A stretch of DNA of 64,000 bases from Octopus vulgaris. Its lineage: Eukaryota. Each line of letters begins with the position of its first letter. The stretch's first letter is position 1. The stretch spans positions 43,090,001-43,154,000 of the forward strand of contig OX597820.1 of NCBI GenBank assembly GCA_951406725.2. The letters run 5' to 3'. The translations under genes and the position numbers were made by a program. The notes beneath the pieces were generated by a model. It saw only the letters and a list, made by a program, of their open reading frames with translations, did no database searches and was not told the origin of the DNA. Positions 27,259 to 42,017 of the stretch are shown piece after piece.

Positions 27259-28499
27259 TGATAAAACAATGATAATAATCATAATACACGAAAGAAGTTT
27301 TCTTGAAATAATAAAATCGAAACCCCCTGCCAATACATACGTGTTAAAGTGAATTAGGAAAGTAATTAGGAATTAGATTTGCAACAACTAAAAACCCCTA
27401 CTAATTTCTATCTAGTTTTATTATACAAGGAAACACTGCACCACAGGAAATAGTGTATGAATTGCTCAGTGGTTTCACATAGGGTAAAGAAATATTCCAG
27501 TTACCACAACCAATCTCTGTTTCTGTATGCTGACTTTATTATCTCTTAAAAAGCAGGAGATTCATTATACAACGAACAACATAAAAGGCTTATGTAATTT
27601 TAAGACTTTTTCCCAGAAGAAATTCGTATATTTTGCTTTATTTTTTTCCCCTCTGTATTTCTAACGATAATATATCTAAAGTATCTTTCCGGACCAATCA
27701 AGGCCTACACTGACCTTAGGCAACTTTGCTTTCTGCTTTTACATAGATTTGTTAATGAAAATAGCAAAGAAACCTTTTTTATGACCTCCGAGCCTACTGG
27801 AAGAAAAAGTTCTCCTCGGATTGAATTTTAAAGAATAATTGGTTTCTCTAAAGTGATCCAAGGTCCAAGAGATTCCTGACGTTAAGCTAGAAGACGGCTT
27901 CATTAGACCAACCATTGAGAGGAACCAAGCGTTTAATGGGTTTCCACCAACGGTGGTTTCTTTCTGACAAAAATTTGGAAGGTTCGAGGCTGTAGCAGAT
28001 GATATAACTCCGTAAGCTGAACCGCATGAAATTGTACCTGCAACTAAGTCGCTGCGAAGCGAAATTGTTAATCTCACAAGTAAGGCATTTCATATGAATA
28101 CTCTGATGTATTTCATGTCTTAGAACATTGATTTGTGTGGCTGTTGTGGTTGTAGAGTAAACTGAACATCATCTAACCGAATCATAGCATTCCAATATTC
28201 AATAACTTTAGAGATATATTCGACTATACATACTAGTATAAAGATATGTTCTACTATATATGCTATATTCCGTATATACTTTAAATATATGTTCAAGTAT
28301 GTCCTCGCGTTGTTTTGTTTTCTCTTTGTTCGTGTTTGGATTAACTACTACTATACATACTATATAATATATATATACTTTAAAGATATGTTCGACTATA
28401 TATATACTAATGCTTCTTTTCGATGAAGACTGAACAATGTAATTTGATAGGAATTTCAGTATTATTTAATGAAGGTCGGGAAACGCTCCCTCGTTTGTT

Positions 28500-29146
28500 T
28501 GCGACCACAAGGATGATAATTATGATGGCTATTGTACACAAGGTTGGAGCGATATTAATGTTGGTGGCTGTGTAGGTGGTGATGGTTGTAGGGAATAGCA
28601 TTGCTGATGGTAGTTGCAATCGTGAGGGTGGCTGTGGAGGTGGCATTGACAGTACCGATGATTGTAATAGTGCTCTTCATGTAGAATATATGGTTGAAGG
28701 AATGCTGGTCTATGTGGTAGAGGTGACAATGGGAGTCATCTTAGTGAATATGGTAGTAATGGTAGCGGAAATGGTTGAAATGGTTGGTCATGGTCAGTGT
28801 AGATTTTGATGATAGTATTAGTGGTAATCGTGGTGTTATTATGACAATTAGAGATGGCAGTTGTAATTCTACTGGTGATGTCGATGGTTGTTGTGGTCTT
28901 AGTATAGATAGTACTAGTGGTTGTGGTAAGCGGTATTGGTAGCATTGGTTGTAATAGTTATGACTGGAAATGTTCATTGACTTGGTCGTATCGGTAAAGG
29001 CGATGCTGGTTGTATTGATAATGTTAATGTTGTGATTAATGTTGTAGTACTTGTGATAGTGGTGGTATGTTGGGAAGGGTGGGTAGATGCTAGTGGTATT
29101 GCTCAGAGTCTTGGACGTAAAGGTTATGATAGTTTTAGAGTGCTTT

Positions 29147-29182
<36 letters not shown>

Positions 29183-29765
29183 CAGTAGTAGCAGCAACAG
29201 CAGCAGCAGTAGTAGCAGCAGTAGCAGCAGTAGTAGTAGCAACAGCCGCAGTAGTAGTAGTAGCAGCAGCGGTAGTAGTAGGGATGCAGATGATGGCGGT
29301 GATAGTGACAGACAAATTTGCTGTTTGTCCTGATTAGTGGTTGTACTGTTGGTGGTATTTTAGTGGTTTTTATTGTTGCAGTGATGCTGGCAACAGTGAT
29401 AATGTGGAAATGAGTGGTGATAAAAGTCATATTCGCAATGGATGTTATGGTGATGGTGATGGTAACGGTCACAATAATAATGGTGTTTGCTTTTAACATT
29501 GTGGTAGAATTTGTGATTATAAATATAGTGGTAATGATGGTCGTGGTCGTCGTGGTAATCGTTGTCGTCATGTTCATCATGGCGGCGGTGGTGGTGGTGG
29601 TTATGGTAGTGGAAATTGTATTAGTGACTGTGATGCCAGTATAAATTGTGGTGTTGGTAACGGTAAAAGTGGTGGTTGTGTTTACAGTTGTACTGGTCGA
29701 AGTTTTAATGCTAGTAGTGTCGTTGCTTGTGATAGGGCTGGTGTTGCTTGTAATGATACTGTTCA
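28500..29765. repeat. Cryptic, decayed GTN/GGT/GAT trinucleotide low-complexity tract
   Basis: G+T-skewed triplet periodicity with a (GTA/GCA)n core at 29148-29280. Confidence 0.7.
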
Positions 29766-29970
29766 AGGCGGCGAGCTGGCAGAATCTTTACTGTGGTGGG
29801 TGAAATACTTAGCGGCATTTCTCCGTCTTTACGGTCTGAATTCAATTTACTCTGACGTTGATTTTAGCTTCCATCCTTTGGAAGTCGATAAAATAAGTAT
29901 CAGCTGAACATTGGGGTCGATGTAGTCAATTTACCTCCATCTCGAAATAACTGACCTTGTGTCAAAATTT
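29766..29970 (+). mobile_element. tRNA-derived CORE-like SINE (octopus OR-type)
   Basis: ggcggcgagctggcagaatc head and ttccatcctttggaagtcgataaaataagta core, the same family as 42018. Confidence 0.7.
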
Positions 29971-29978
29971 AAAATATT

Positions 29979-31200
29979 TATTAGATTGTCCAGAAAGTAA
30001 TGGAGGTGTTTCGATTGCTGATAGTCATCAACAAATAAATCACTTAGTACGATACAAATAGTGTGTAGTATTGCATTTTACATAGATCATATGTTTATTA
30101 AAAGTTTGCTAGTTGTTATGATTTCTTTCTATATATTTACAGTTTATATCAATCGGCCCTAGCAACGGCATAGGCAAAAAGGAATTTCGTATAATTTTTC
30201 TTTATGAGTTTAAACTAGGAAAAAATACTTCGGAAAATGCACGCCGCATCAATCAAGCATGCGGTCATGGATCGGTTCCTCTTGGCACAGTACAGCTTTG
30301 GCTTCTGAGATTTCGTTGAGGAGATGTCTTAATGCTTCCTTTCGTCCAGAAAGGAAGCAATGCTTTGACGACGACACAGAATGGGAATCACTAGATGAAG
30401 ATACACGAACCTCTGTCCGTAAGCTCGCAAGAATAATGGGAAAAAAGGAAATCAACAATTTCTACATGCTTGCGTGCAACTAGAAAAAGAAATCAGATGG
30501 ATAGATAGTTTCTGCATAAACTAAAGGAGGAACAGAAAAATCACCGTTACGAGATCGATCTGGTCGATTCATCACTGAGACAACAGAGCGCCCCATTTCT
30601 TGAACAGATCATAACGTGTGATGAACAGTGGATTCTGTAAAATAATAAGGAAAGTTTTGCACAGTATTCCCCAAAGTCTGGGCGCCATAAAAAGTGCATG
30701 GTAAGAGAATGATGACTGCATTGGGAGTTATCCATCACAATTTCTAGAATCCAGGAGAAACAATCACAGCTGAGATATTGTCACCAGTTAGATGAAATGA
30801 ATAGCAAGATGCGTGAAATGTAACCAGTGTTAGCCAATCGCAAAGGCCATATTGTTGTTCAAGATCACACCCTTCGACATGCGTCAAGATTGACGCTTAG
30901 AAAGTTAAACGATTTGAGAATCGAAGTTTTACCTCATATAACTTATTCCCATGACCTGTCTCCTTATAGACTTTCATGCGTTCAAACACCTTGACAACTC
31001 CATAACAAATAAACGGTTTGAAAACCAAGCAGATACAGAAGCTTTTAGGGAGTTTATCCTCTCTAGTAATACTGATTTTTACCGTAAGGGCTTAAATAAT
31101 CTTTTTACACATTGGTAAAAATGTGTTCAGTCACATAGAAGATACTATGATGAAACTTGCTACATGTCGACTGTTGTGTTTCTATTTTCATTATTTATTC
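29979..31200 (+). mobile_element. Mariner (DD34D-type) transposon relic
   Basis: Left TIR-like tattagattgtccagaaag; EFRIIFLYEFKLG, PFLEQIITCDEQW, GETITAE, YSHDLSP, HAFKHLDN, FYRKGLNNLF.HW. The right end is overlain by SINE remnants. Confidence 0.85.
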
Positions 31201-31204
31201 AGAA

Positions 31205-31590
31205 AAGGGCGTTGAACAGGCAGAATCGCGAAAGCACTGGACAAGTCAATTTGCAACATTTGCAGTCAACTTCGGCTGATGTCAACTTTTCAATCGGTTC
31301 TTTCGGGATTTAAATAAAATGAATTATCTGTTAAGTACTATGGTCGATAGTATTGCTTTCCACCCTTCCTTAAGAATTGTTTGCTTTGTACCTACATAAG
31401 AAAGCAGTATTTATTGAGAATTAAGTCGCACATGGACAGAAAATACCTTTCGTATTTTTTCAAATCCTGCTGAGGTCAACGTTTCCATTCATCCATCAGG
31501 TATTAGTTTTCGCAACAGACAAATGCTGGAGACCTCGGTATCAACTAGCTCCCTCTCATTACATTTCGTGACATTGAGACAATCTTTAGA
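31205..31590 (+). mobile_element. Two highly diverged SINE remnants
   Basis: ggcagaatcg...gatgtcaactttt...ctttcggg and ctgaggtcaacgtttccattcatcc resemble the 42018 SINE. Confidence 0.4.
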
Positions 31591-32288
31591 ACAAATCACA
31601 AAACACCTGACTTATTATTTGTTTGTTTAGGTACATGCATTTGCATTTTGAAATCAAATATTACGAGGGCAATTATGAAACTTATCGTTTTTGGTGCGAT
31701 GAAATAAAGTAACAGTTAAACAGAAAGTGAACTACCTCACTTCCTTAAAGTTCCGGACTTGTGCTGGTGCTAGAAACGATTATATTTTTAAAAGAAAGAA
31801 GACGGTGGAGTTTGTCCTCCCTCTCCTCTGTTTTCAGTACAACGATGACATATACTTGGAAAACGTTGAATTCCAAACTCTAGCAAAGCAACTGAACTAT
31901 ATCTGGAGGTACAAGATGTTTTCCTAATATAAGGTTACGTGAAGTGACTTTGTGGCTGGTACACTAGTTGCGGCATCAGAGATCTATCTTTGTCGGCGCG
32001 AAAGATATAAAAGGTTACACTAGCTACCTATGAATTATTAGTGAAAATGTGTGGGTCGGACGTCAATTATTCTGATATATTGTGTTTGGAGATTCTTTGA
32101 TTTATTACACGCGTCAAATCGTTTGTATTTCTTCATATTATTATCAATATTTCTATGTTTCAGTTCCTATTTTAATGACAACTCTATATTATAATGGAGT
32201 TCATACAGAATTTGAAGTGAACTTTGCAAAACGATTTTCTGTATATTTTCCTAATACGCTTTTTCACACACACAAACATACACACGCG

Positions 32289-32329
<41 letters not shown>

Positions 32330-32640
32330 GCACACACACACACACAGATGTATATATATATATATATAACTTAGAATATACATATATCATGTAGGATCAT
32401 ATATTGACATATTGCAACAATCTCTGATCGAAATGATTGCATAATACATTCATACATCTCGTCCATTTTTTACTCATTATCACCTTATATCCCTTTGAAA
32501 AGCCGAGAGTAACAGAATGACTAACGTGGATAGGAAGCTTGAAAGATTATAAGGAAGAACTGCAAGAAAATGTCACGAACGGATCTCTCCAATTCAATCT
32601 TTCACCTACGAGGTTATTAAGTGCCACACATATATATATT

Positions 32641-32694
<54 letters not shown>

Positions 32695-32917
32695 TACATA
32701 TATATATATATATACACACACACATACATATATATATGATGACATTGATTTGGTAGGTAATTAAATTTTCACATTAGCTTTCAAATTATGTTTTAACATT
32801 TAGGAAAATGATATCCTTATTCCAGTGCAAAGAAAAGGGTCAAGAAAGGCAAGCCTCAAAAACGGACTAAAATGAAAGAAAGGGAAAAAAATGAAAGGAT
32901 ATATATATATATATATG

Positions 32918-33206
32918 TGTGTGGTTAGGGCAGCGGACTCGCGGTCGTAGGATCGCGGTTTCGATTCCCAGACCGGGCCTTGTGAGTGTTTATTGAGCAA
33001 AAACACCTAAAAGCTCCACGAGGCTCCGGCAGGGGATGGTGGTGATCCCTGCTGTACTCTTCCACCACTCTTTCTCCCACTCTTTCTTCTGTTGGCCTGC
33101 TCGCTTAGCCAGCGGGGTGGCGTCATTCGAAGGCTTAAAACAATGCGAACGCATTGTGACCAGCGATGTGTAACAACATCTGATGGTCTGGTCGGTCACG
33201 TGACGT

Positions 33207-33212
<6 letters not shown>
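32918..33212 (+). mobile_element. tRNA-derived SINE in a (TA)n tract
   Basis: Box A-like tggttagggcagc, box B ggtttcgattccc, 3' end cacgtgacgtcacgtga. Confidence 0.75.
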
Positions 33213-33250
<38 letters not shown>

Positions 33251-33463
33251 ATAAATGGAAGCGTGTAATATCTAATATCATTTATATTTAAATATATGTG
33301 TCCATGTGAGTGAAGTTGCTAAAGTACACATAATTTAAGAAAATAATTTTTCACAACTATTTCAGAGCAAAAAATCTCACTAATTAATATTCGTTTGCAT
33401 TTCGCATGTCGATTAAGCCTTCCTATAGCAAGCGAGACTAGCGGGACACACTGCGGTTTATTC

Positions 33464-33516
<53 letters not shown>

Positions 33517-33636
33517 TATGTGTGTGTGTGTGTGCGTGTGTGTGTTTGTGTGTGTGTATGTGTCTGTCTGTGTGTCTGTGTTTGTGCCTGTGTTTGGAGG
33601 CAGACAGACAGACATATAGTTAGATAGATAGATAGG

Positions 33637-33674
<38 letters not shown>

Positions 33675-36600
33675 TATAGACTTCTATATAGAATGAAAGT
33701 TAGATGGATGAAAGCTGCAGAGAGGAAAGTGTTAGAAGAGGTATTTTGTTTGAATTCTGAAAGACACAAGAAGTTTATTCTCTTTCTATTTTTATTATTC
33801 TTCTGATATATTTTTTCGAGATTTCCGAGAAAATAATTGTTTGTGTCTTTGCTTGTATAAAATATCACAACTTGTAAATTATTTGTGTATTATAACCTCT
33901 GTTAAATTGATGTATTTATTCAGATTGGAGAACAAAACAGATCGAAATTTGCATCTTTTGTCGTTCTTACCTTTTGTTAGAAACTCTGGATGCGATAGAA
34001 CCATCATGCTGAAGTACATTACTGATAATAGACAAAATGTATTATCATATTTAAACGCACAATACTTCTGAATAAGTGTAATTTTATTTCGTATTTTCAT
34101 ATCTAAATTGTCGTATACAATAACCCCAATAAATAAAATACTTTAAACATATGTTTTATATTATAGAGCGTTATATTGTTGCAACCAAACATATTGAAAA
34201 CTCCATCATACAAAAAAGTTCAACGTATTTTAGCGCTTTTTGTTGTTTTAGTTGTTACTGATGTTTGTATTAAATAACACGTGCAATCTCTCAGCGATTG
34301 GTTCTTAATACAATATATATGAAAATATATTTTATGTCTCCATTGTTTGCGTCGAATTCTGTGAGAAAATAGTATATCTTAAATAATCATTAAATATAGT
34401 AATATATATATACATATATATATGTAGATTTGCTGATTATTCGTCAGCGTCAAGCAAATTTAGAAATAGGGACTGTAATATATTTATTTTCCATTTACAT
34501 GGACAAAATGTGCTTATGTGTAAGAACTTTGATATAGAATCCTCGCATTCAAAATTGTCGTGTCGCCTCTTGAAATACAATATTCAGAAATGAAATGAGT
34601 TATTCGATCAATAACTCATCTCATATATTAAATATTCAACCCCTTATTTATTATCTTGTTGTGACTTTCTTTTAAATCGTATATATCAACAAACAGTGCC
34701 TGTTATTCAAAACAAGTTCAATTTGCATTATATTCTGATCTATGCATTCCACCATTTTATCTCTCTGAAACAAAGATCATGCTATATTTCAACCGATTGC
34801 GATCAAATCCTATACTTATTATCATGGCATGAATTCATTTCCTTAGTGAACTGCAAAACGTTTATCATACCTATCTGACTTTTGACTCATCTCTCTTCTA
34901 TTTTTCTAGTGTTGGAAGAAAACAGGAAAACACTTCCCCTTTGATATAGAATTGTATATACATTATATTTTATATTAGTTAATTTCTAAGTAACACTTCA
35001 AATATTTGCAAGATGTATGTGGAATGACAGGCATTTTAAACTGGTAGACGTAAAATAAAGCTTCGTTTTTGATAGTTGTTTCATTTCAGTGATTTTAAAT
35101 TTCTGCAAATGCCACTCGGTCCTATTTTAGCCACTCTTTAATTGTCAGTATTTTTTTACCGAATAAGAACTCAATACTGTATTTTATAATAAAAAAAGGA
35201 CAGTAAAGATACAATAATGTTAAAGGAACAGTAATGTAATTTCGATTTCCATTTGGTTTTACTTCACTTTATTTGAAAAAAATCTGATAATGACATTTAG
35301 AAATAGATGAGCAGTAAAACAGACCATTATATGTCAAATATAAACCTCATGTATATGTACGTAGTTCGGAGAAATCACCATCTCTAGTACATAGTGATGA
35401 TTTATACACAACGAATTTCTTGTGTTTCAAACTATTTTTTAACGTCAATTGCTTTTGTATTTTTTTCTCTTTTTACTGCCTCATCTTTTACGGTCTGTTA
35501 TGATCATACAGAACGCTAATCTGTTAGATATCATTTATATTCTGAATATAAGCTTTCTTTTACTTCAAATGCATGGCCTTTTATATGTGTTAAAATGGTT
35601 GCGTGTGGAATTTCAAAGATATAACAATGAAAACATATAAAAAAAAAGAATATAAAAATGGTGCTTTTATACATAATGTGCACTACAGTGTGTTGGGTGT
35701 TTGATTTTATAAATCCTTGGCAAACTGCAGTATAATGCAGAATTTATGACCGTAGCATTGAAATTAGAATTAGATATGATGAATGACATATCTGCAAGGT
35801 GTTAAAACGTTATAAGCCATCTTGTTATCAGATCAATCTATAGCTAATTCTCAAGGTTTCATCATATGCATTCTTATAGTACATAACAAGAAATATATTG
35901 AATTAGAATAGATATTGCATTCGGATTCATAACATAAACGCTTACAAAGAGGAAGAGAATTTCTGATGACTTACAGAATCTGTAAGCATAGAACTTGATG
36001 ATAAATAAATATACATACATATATGTGTGTGCGTGTGTGTGTATTGATTTTTTTTTTTCGATTGAAAAGCAAAATAAAGAGATCAATATTATAACGAAGA
36101 TGGGGTATTTCCAGATAATTCAAAGACACACTCGATTCCTGTTATGCACATCTATAGCAAGTTGCTTGCTGGACACCAATTTGGTTTCGGTTTCAATTTC
36201 AATTAAGTTTGAGATGATATGTTTCTTGAGCGATATTCGAGGTATTGTTAAAGGAATTTCTTTGACAAAATGTGAATCATCGTATCTTGGGGCTGTAATA
36301 TATAAATTGTCGCTCTGCTTAACACCGCAAGACATTGCACTCTCACACACGCACAATCACGCATATTATGTATATATATATATATAAATATATGATATGG
36401 GAAATTTATGTTTAGCATAAATGTCACAAAATATCGTGCAAACTTACTGCTTAGTAAAGGGATGAACTTCTCTTTCTTGTTCTCATCAGATATTTAGAAG
36501 ATCGGTCTCCTACTGCTATAAATCTTTAAACAACTTCGCAACGAATTTAATTGCCTGATAAGTAATATCACTAGCTAGAAGTGTGTTTTGTTTTGGATAA

Positions 36601-37009
36601 TAGCTAAATATATCAACTGCTTGATTTTTGCCCAGTAGGTATTAGATATTTATGTTTGGTCATAACGTTCATCATTCTACTGTGATAAGCACTACGAAAC
36701 ACACCCAAACATCAGCTCCTATATTTGTATATTTAACGCGTAATTATTGCTTGGCGAACACCCATTGTTAACACCTCATATTATGTTAGTTTGCTGATTC
36801 CTAAAGATTCCATTGGGAGTTATCTGTTTTACAATGATTTATGTATTTGAAATATATATGTATGTATGTTTGTATGTATGTATGTATGTATGAATGTATG
36901 TATGTATGTATGTTTGTATGTATGTACGTACGTACGTATGTATGTATGTATGTATGTATGTATGTATGTATGTATGTATATAGCATATATTCTTGCATGC
37001 ATGAAGGTA

Positions 37010-37230
37010 TATGCTGAGACCCATGGTATTGCACCTAGAAAGTTACACTCCCAGGCACAAGTCCGAGCAAGTTTGTTTATGGAAGACCAGCAGTCGCCCA
37101 TGAATACCGATCTCCCCTCTCCACGCCACCAGTGTTATCCAAGGGAAAGGCAACAGTCGATACAGCTTGGCACCTGTGACGTCGCAACTCGTTTCTACTG
37201 CTGAGTGAACTGGAGCAACATGAAATAAGG
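37010..37230. mobile_element. Interspersed repeat fragment (SINE or LINE-UTR-like) next to (ATGT)n
   Basis: GC-richer block ending ctgagtgaactggagcaacatgaaat, adjacent to a tetranucleotide run. Confidence 0.4.
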
Positions 37231-37630
37231 TGAATTTACCCCGATTTGGTCCTAAGGGTTTTTATATACAGGACGCAGTTGAGACAGTTATCAACTGCTC
37301 TCGCTGTAACACCATGCCCGAAATGAAGGCTCAGATCAACGTGTTCACATATCATCCTAAGAAGACAGTGAGGAATGCATGCTCCAGATTCCGGAGACCT
37401 GTTTGAAGATGTGGCGGATGTTGAGAGCGGCTACATTGAATGAACTCTTATCTCTTCGCCATGTGCTAGTCGATATATTTTGTTTTTTTAAACATACTTT
37501 TGTTTTGGAAGGGCATATTTTCTTTGCTTTTAGTTTTATGCAAATTGTGGAATTTAGCCCGAACACCTATCTATCTGTCTGCCTGTCTGTCTATTTATTT
37601 ATCTCTCTCTCTCTCTCTCCCTCTCTCTCC

Positions 37631-37667
<37 letters not shown>

Positions 37668-37686
37668 TATATATACATATATATAT

Positions 37687-37729
<43 letters not shown>

Positions 37730-38109
37730 TTAAGAACAAATGGATTGTGGCTAACCACACCCGATCTGTTGTCATTTGTTTATTTCGCAGAACTTGCAAT
37801 TACCATGGACCTTGAATCTATTCAGTGCTGCAAAATTTATATAGTGCATGTACATAGGTGCAGTCTTGAGACTCGTGGTATATACAGGCAGCCGTTCGTG
37901 ATTGTACCTAGAATATAAATCCGTGTTTAGACCGGTAAGTACGTATATGTTACTCTAACTGTATTTTGTACTTTGAACGCGATAGCGAATTCACTGACAG
38001 TTTATTAACTAAGGATCTGATTTACTGAACTTAATAAAGATATATATCGCTTGTAAAAATCATAAATCCGAAAGAAGAAGCACATTCTAAGATATAGAGC
38101 AGCATATAT

Positions 38110-38217
38110 GAAAATGAGGAAGGCCGGCTTATGGGATTAATTTACGATACGCCATAAAGTTAAACCCTTTATGGACGGGAAACCTGAAGTAAACCCATAA
38201 ACCGGTCTTCCTCATTT

Positions 38218-38220
<3 letters not shown>
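38110..38220. repeat. Small inverted repeat (~30-bp arms) beside (TA)n, containing a degenerate hammerhead-like motif
   Basis: aaaatgaggaaggccggcttatggga / acccataaaccggtcttcctcatttt; ggaaacCTGAAGt...tAAACcgGTCttcc. Confidence 0.55.
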
Positions 38221-38269
<49 letters not shown>

Positions 38270-38689
38270 TGATCGCACTCCCACGAAATCTGTCATATTC
38301 ATGTGATTCTAACTACATTGTCTTTGATAGCTCTAAATTCTATTTCAGCAATTATGCTTCGTGTATAATCCACAAATTACCCCGATTGATGACCCCGATA
38401 CATTTAATAACCCCTAATTTCTCTGACTAAAACCGTTTTCAAATTTTGATAGATGATCATAGTAAATTTCTGCAAACGCCTATTCTTGTACTTAGTTTTT
38501 GTATGCCCATCCCCCTTTTTTTTCATTTTGCCATCTACATTTTATATTACTTCAATATATGTTAAAATTTAAATTAACTCTCCGTATATTCGATGTACTT
38601 GAATAGTTCCTCGATCTTTGCTATGCCCTTTGTTTTCCTATTTTGCTACCAGCTTCACCTTATCATCTCTTTATTTGAATAGTAGTAGC

Positions 38690-38742
<53 letters not shown>

Positions 38743-38789
38743 CGGCAGTAGCAGTGGTGCTGATGGTGATGGTTTTGGTGGTGATGGCT

Positions 38790-39000
38790 TCTGATTCAGG
38801 TACAATGGTGGCATATTGTGAAGAGGGGATTAGTTGATAACAACGAACTCATTATTGGATGGGTACTTTATTTTTTCAACACGAAAGGAGGAAAAGCAAA
38901 GTTGATCTCGCCAAATACATATACAGAGTACTAGTCTTAGAAGTGGTAGTTTTACTGCTAAGCATTTTGTTCGACATGCCATAGTTTCTGCTTGCTTCTA
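38790..39000 (-). mobile_element. Diverged CORE-like SINE
   Basis: ggtactttatttt...cgaaaggaggaaaagcaaagttgatctcg is the reverse complement of the SINE core. Confidence 0.55.
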
Positions 39001-40514
39001 ATTTCGAAGGTGAGCGACTAGTTATTTATATAGACTTCAGTACTCGCTGACACATTTTTTTATGGATCCATGAAGCATGAAATGCAAAAATATTTATAGG
39101 AATAACATCAATCATAATAACAATATAGTAGTAATAATATTAATAGTAACAAAGAAGAAGAAGAAGAAGAAGAAGAAGAAGAAGAAGAAGAAGAAGAAGA
39201 AGAACAACAACAACAACAACAACAACAACATCAAAAACAACAACAACAACAACAGCAGCAGCAGCAGCAATAGCAGCAGTAAAAGTAATAATGAGTGTCT
39301 GCGGAATGCATAAGAAAAATTACTTTCGGGCTGGAAAAAAAGAACCAGTGGTTGTGATTGGAAATACAACTTCGTAAGAAGAGCTGCAGAAAAATGTAAT
39401 AACATCACATATTCCAAGTGTGTAATCTTACCAGGACCCTTTTCTCTAAGGACAACAAATACGAATATTGTTTTCCTTGTCTTCATTACAACTTAAATAT
39501 ATTTACAATAACAAATCCCTATATTCGTTGCAACAAACATGGAAAGGTTACATAACATAATCGAAGCAAAACTAACTAACGACAAAAGAAATTGAACGCT
39601 ATGCAACACATCAACCATAACCAACAATACAGAGAGAATAAAAACAATAAATGCCAGCTCAGAGTTTATGAGGAACGCTGTTTGAGAGTTTAATGTGTCC
39701 ATGCTCTGAAGCACAAGCTTCAGATGTGGCGTCCTCTGAAAAGGTTAATATCCTTCGCGCACACCTACACCACTACCAACATGAATGTTCTGGCTTTCAT
39801 AAAAATAAAACAATAACTATACAGCAACAGAAGGAGCAGAAAAGTTTGACATAATTGCTACACGTATACTACGTGGCTCTTTTCTAACAAATACACATGT
39901 GTGTCATAAGATAACCGAAATTCTGTCAGTAAAACCAGCATCGAAGAACATCAAACTTTGTAAGTAAGAGTAAATTTCTCCTTTGAGTAAGGCTTGTACT
40001 ATATACTACCTCCATATAACTATGCAATATTAAATAAGGTTGCTGTAAGATGCAGAAGGGAAGTAACATTTCTAGAGAGACGTTCACGAGAAGTGTAATT
40101 TTATTCTTTATTTTTTAATTATTTTCTGTACAAAACGGTGCTCTATGGGACGTCATCAGTCTAATTTACGTGAAGAAAACCTACCCTGTTAATGATTTCT
40201 ACAGAAACTTGTGTTTAAATTTTATGAAACTGCCTTTCTGGTCTCGAGATATTCGTATCTATTAATCTGAGTATAGGTATCTGCTTATACGTATATATGA
40301 ATGATTTAAATAGGTTGGGATGTAATTATTCTTATGGGGATATTTGGGAAATGAAATGAAAATGAGCAGATAAAAGAAAACTATCAAAAAATGTTTCTTT
40401 GCTTCATCACTGAAAACTGATTGCGGTTTAAGTGTTGCCTTGCACTAATTCCTGATTGTTTAAAAATATTTCCAGTATACAATCACAACTGACAATATTA
40501 TCATCAGTTATTAG

Positions 40515-40720
40515 GTGGTTAGCTAGTAAAATCGTTACTGCACCGAAAAAATGCTTAGTGGCATTTCGTTTGTCTTCATGTTCTGAAATCAAATACCACC
40601 ATGGTCCACTATGTCTTTCATTCTTTCGGGATCGATAATGAGCACCATTAGAATACTAGGGTCGATGTAATCGATTTACACTTCCCCCGAAATTGTTAGT
40701 GTTTCTAAAATTAGAATCCA
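40515..40720 (+). mobile_element. Diverged CORE-like SINE
   Basis: aatcgttactgcaccgaaaaaatgcttagtggcatttcg...ctttcattctttcgggatcgata. Confidence 0.65.
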
Positions 40721-41634
40721 ATGTAATCATCAATTGTTTTCTATGATTCGTTATGGGATTAGTATATTTTCTGAAAATAGAATCTTACAGAGCTATCATG
40801 TAATATGCCTATTATTGTGATATATCTGTCTCTGGGTTCTACACAGCACAAAATCCCAAAGTTGTTTTAATATATTGACTTTCGCTCCACTTACATCCCT
40901 TGTACCTGTTGACAGACTATTGAAAATAGGTGTTTCTTGAAAACTCAATTTCAGCGCAATTCTGTTTATCACTATCATGTGTGTAATTTAGACATTAAAA
41001 CGCCTTTCTGTGACAAAAGCCTGAATATTTACATACCTCTAAATGCATATATTTAAAGGTAGTATTTCAAAGATTCTTAGATACATGTTTTGCATATCAT
41101 AGTTGCGATGAAGTATTGTCAATAGATATTCACAGTAAGTAATCTACAGCAGATGTGCATTACGCTGAGTGTAGTAACTTCCAATCGCTTCAAGGTCTTC
41201 AGTCTATGAAATCTGCAGAACTTAATATTTTACTTCTATATATGTTCAGAATCCATTCGCGCATCAGTGGAACATATACACATCTTAATATAATAACCAA
41301 TAAAGTATACATAATTCTTCTTACCTATCATTAGATCCGGCATTCATCTTGGCACAAGTTCTTTGTTTGCATATTTTATTATATTTGGGGACATCTTTGA
41401 TTAGTAGCAACTGATTTGTTCATATCATTCCTAGTGATACAGAAGGTAGTCGTTCATTTGACTAAGGGAATGTTTGACACAGCTATTAGAAAATGTCAAT
41501 GATCCAGACAACAGACTTCTAAGGTATTTCACTAGTTTTATTCATTCGTTTGATACGATATAGATAACACCGTGATTTTTCTCGTTCTCAGTGGTTACAG
41601 TCACCCTTACATACAAATGAAAATTATAATAGTT

Positions 41635-41835
41635 TCAAATTTTGGCTCAAGAACCGAAATTGCGGAGAAGGGATTAATCGATAAAATCGACGCCAGTGCT
41701 CAACTGATATTTATTTCGGTACAAAAGGAGGAAAGGCAAATTGGACCTCGGTGGAATTTGAACTCAACTCATAAACCTGGATAAATGTCGCTATCCATTT
41801 TGCCTTGCATGCTAACGTTTCTTCTAGTTCACCGC
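41635..41835 (-). mobile_element. Diverged CORE-like SINE
   Basis: gaaaggcaaattggacctcggtggaatttgaactca is the reverse complement of box B plus core. Confidence 0.6.
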
Positions 41836-42017
41836 ATCAATAAAAATAATAAAAAATAAGCAATGAATAGGTGTGCCACATGTTCAAATGTAAGGAAGAT
41901 TCATGGAAAAAAATGTTAAAGACAGAGTGGCCCAGCTAAAGAATAAAACATTCTTTCGATCTTAACCTAATTACAAAATCAAAGCACTGATGATTTCTCC
42001 AACGGTATATTCAAGAA

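Noticed and set aside
29146-29766. 206-aa Thr-rich, mucin-like ORF
   Set aside because: It lies in a decayed trinucleotide tract with stop-poor frames on both strands; no signal peptide or splice support.
32918-32980. Possible tRNA gene
   Set aside because: Truncated acceptor stem, and it continues into a SINE body and tail.
37791-37934. Candidate exon (ttatttcgcag ... gtaagt)
   Set aside because: All three frames contain stops. A UTR or non-coding exon cannot be excluded but is unsupported.
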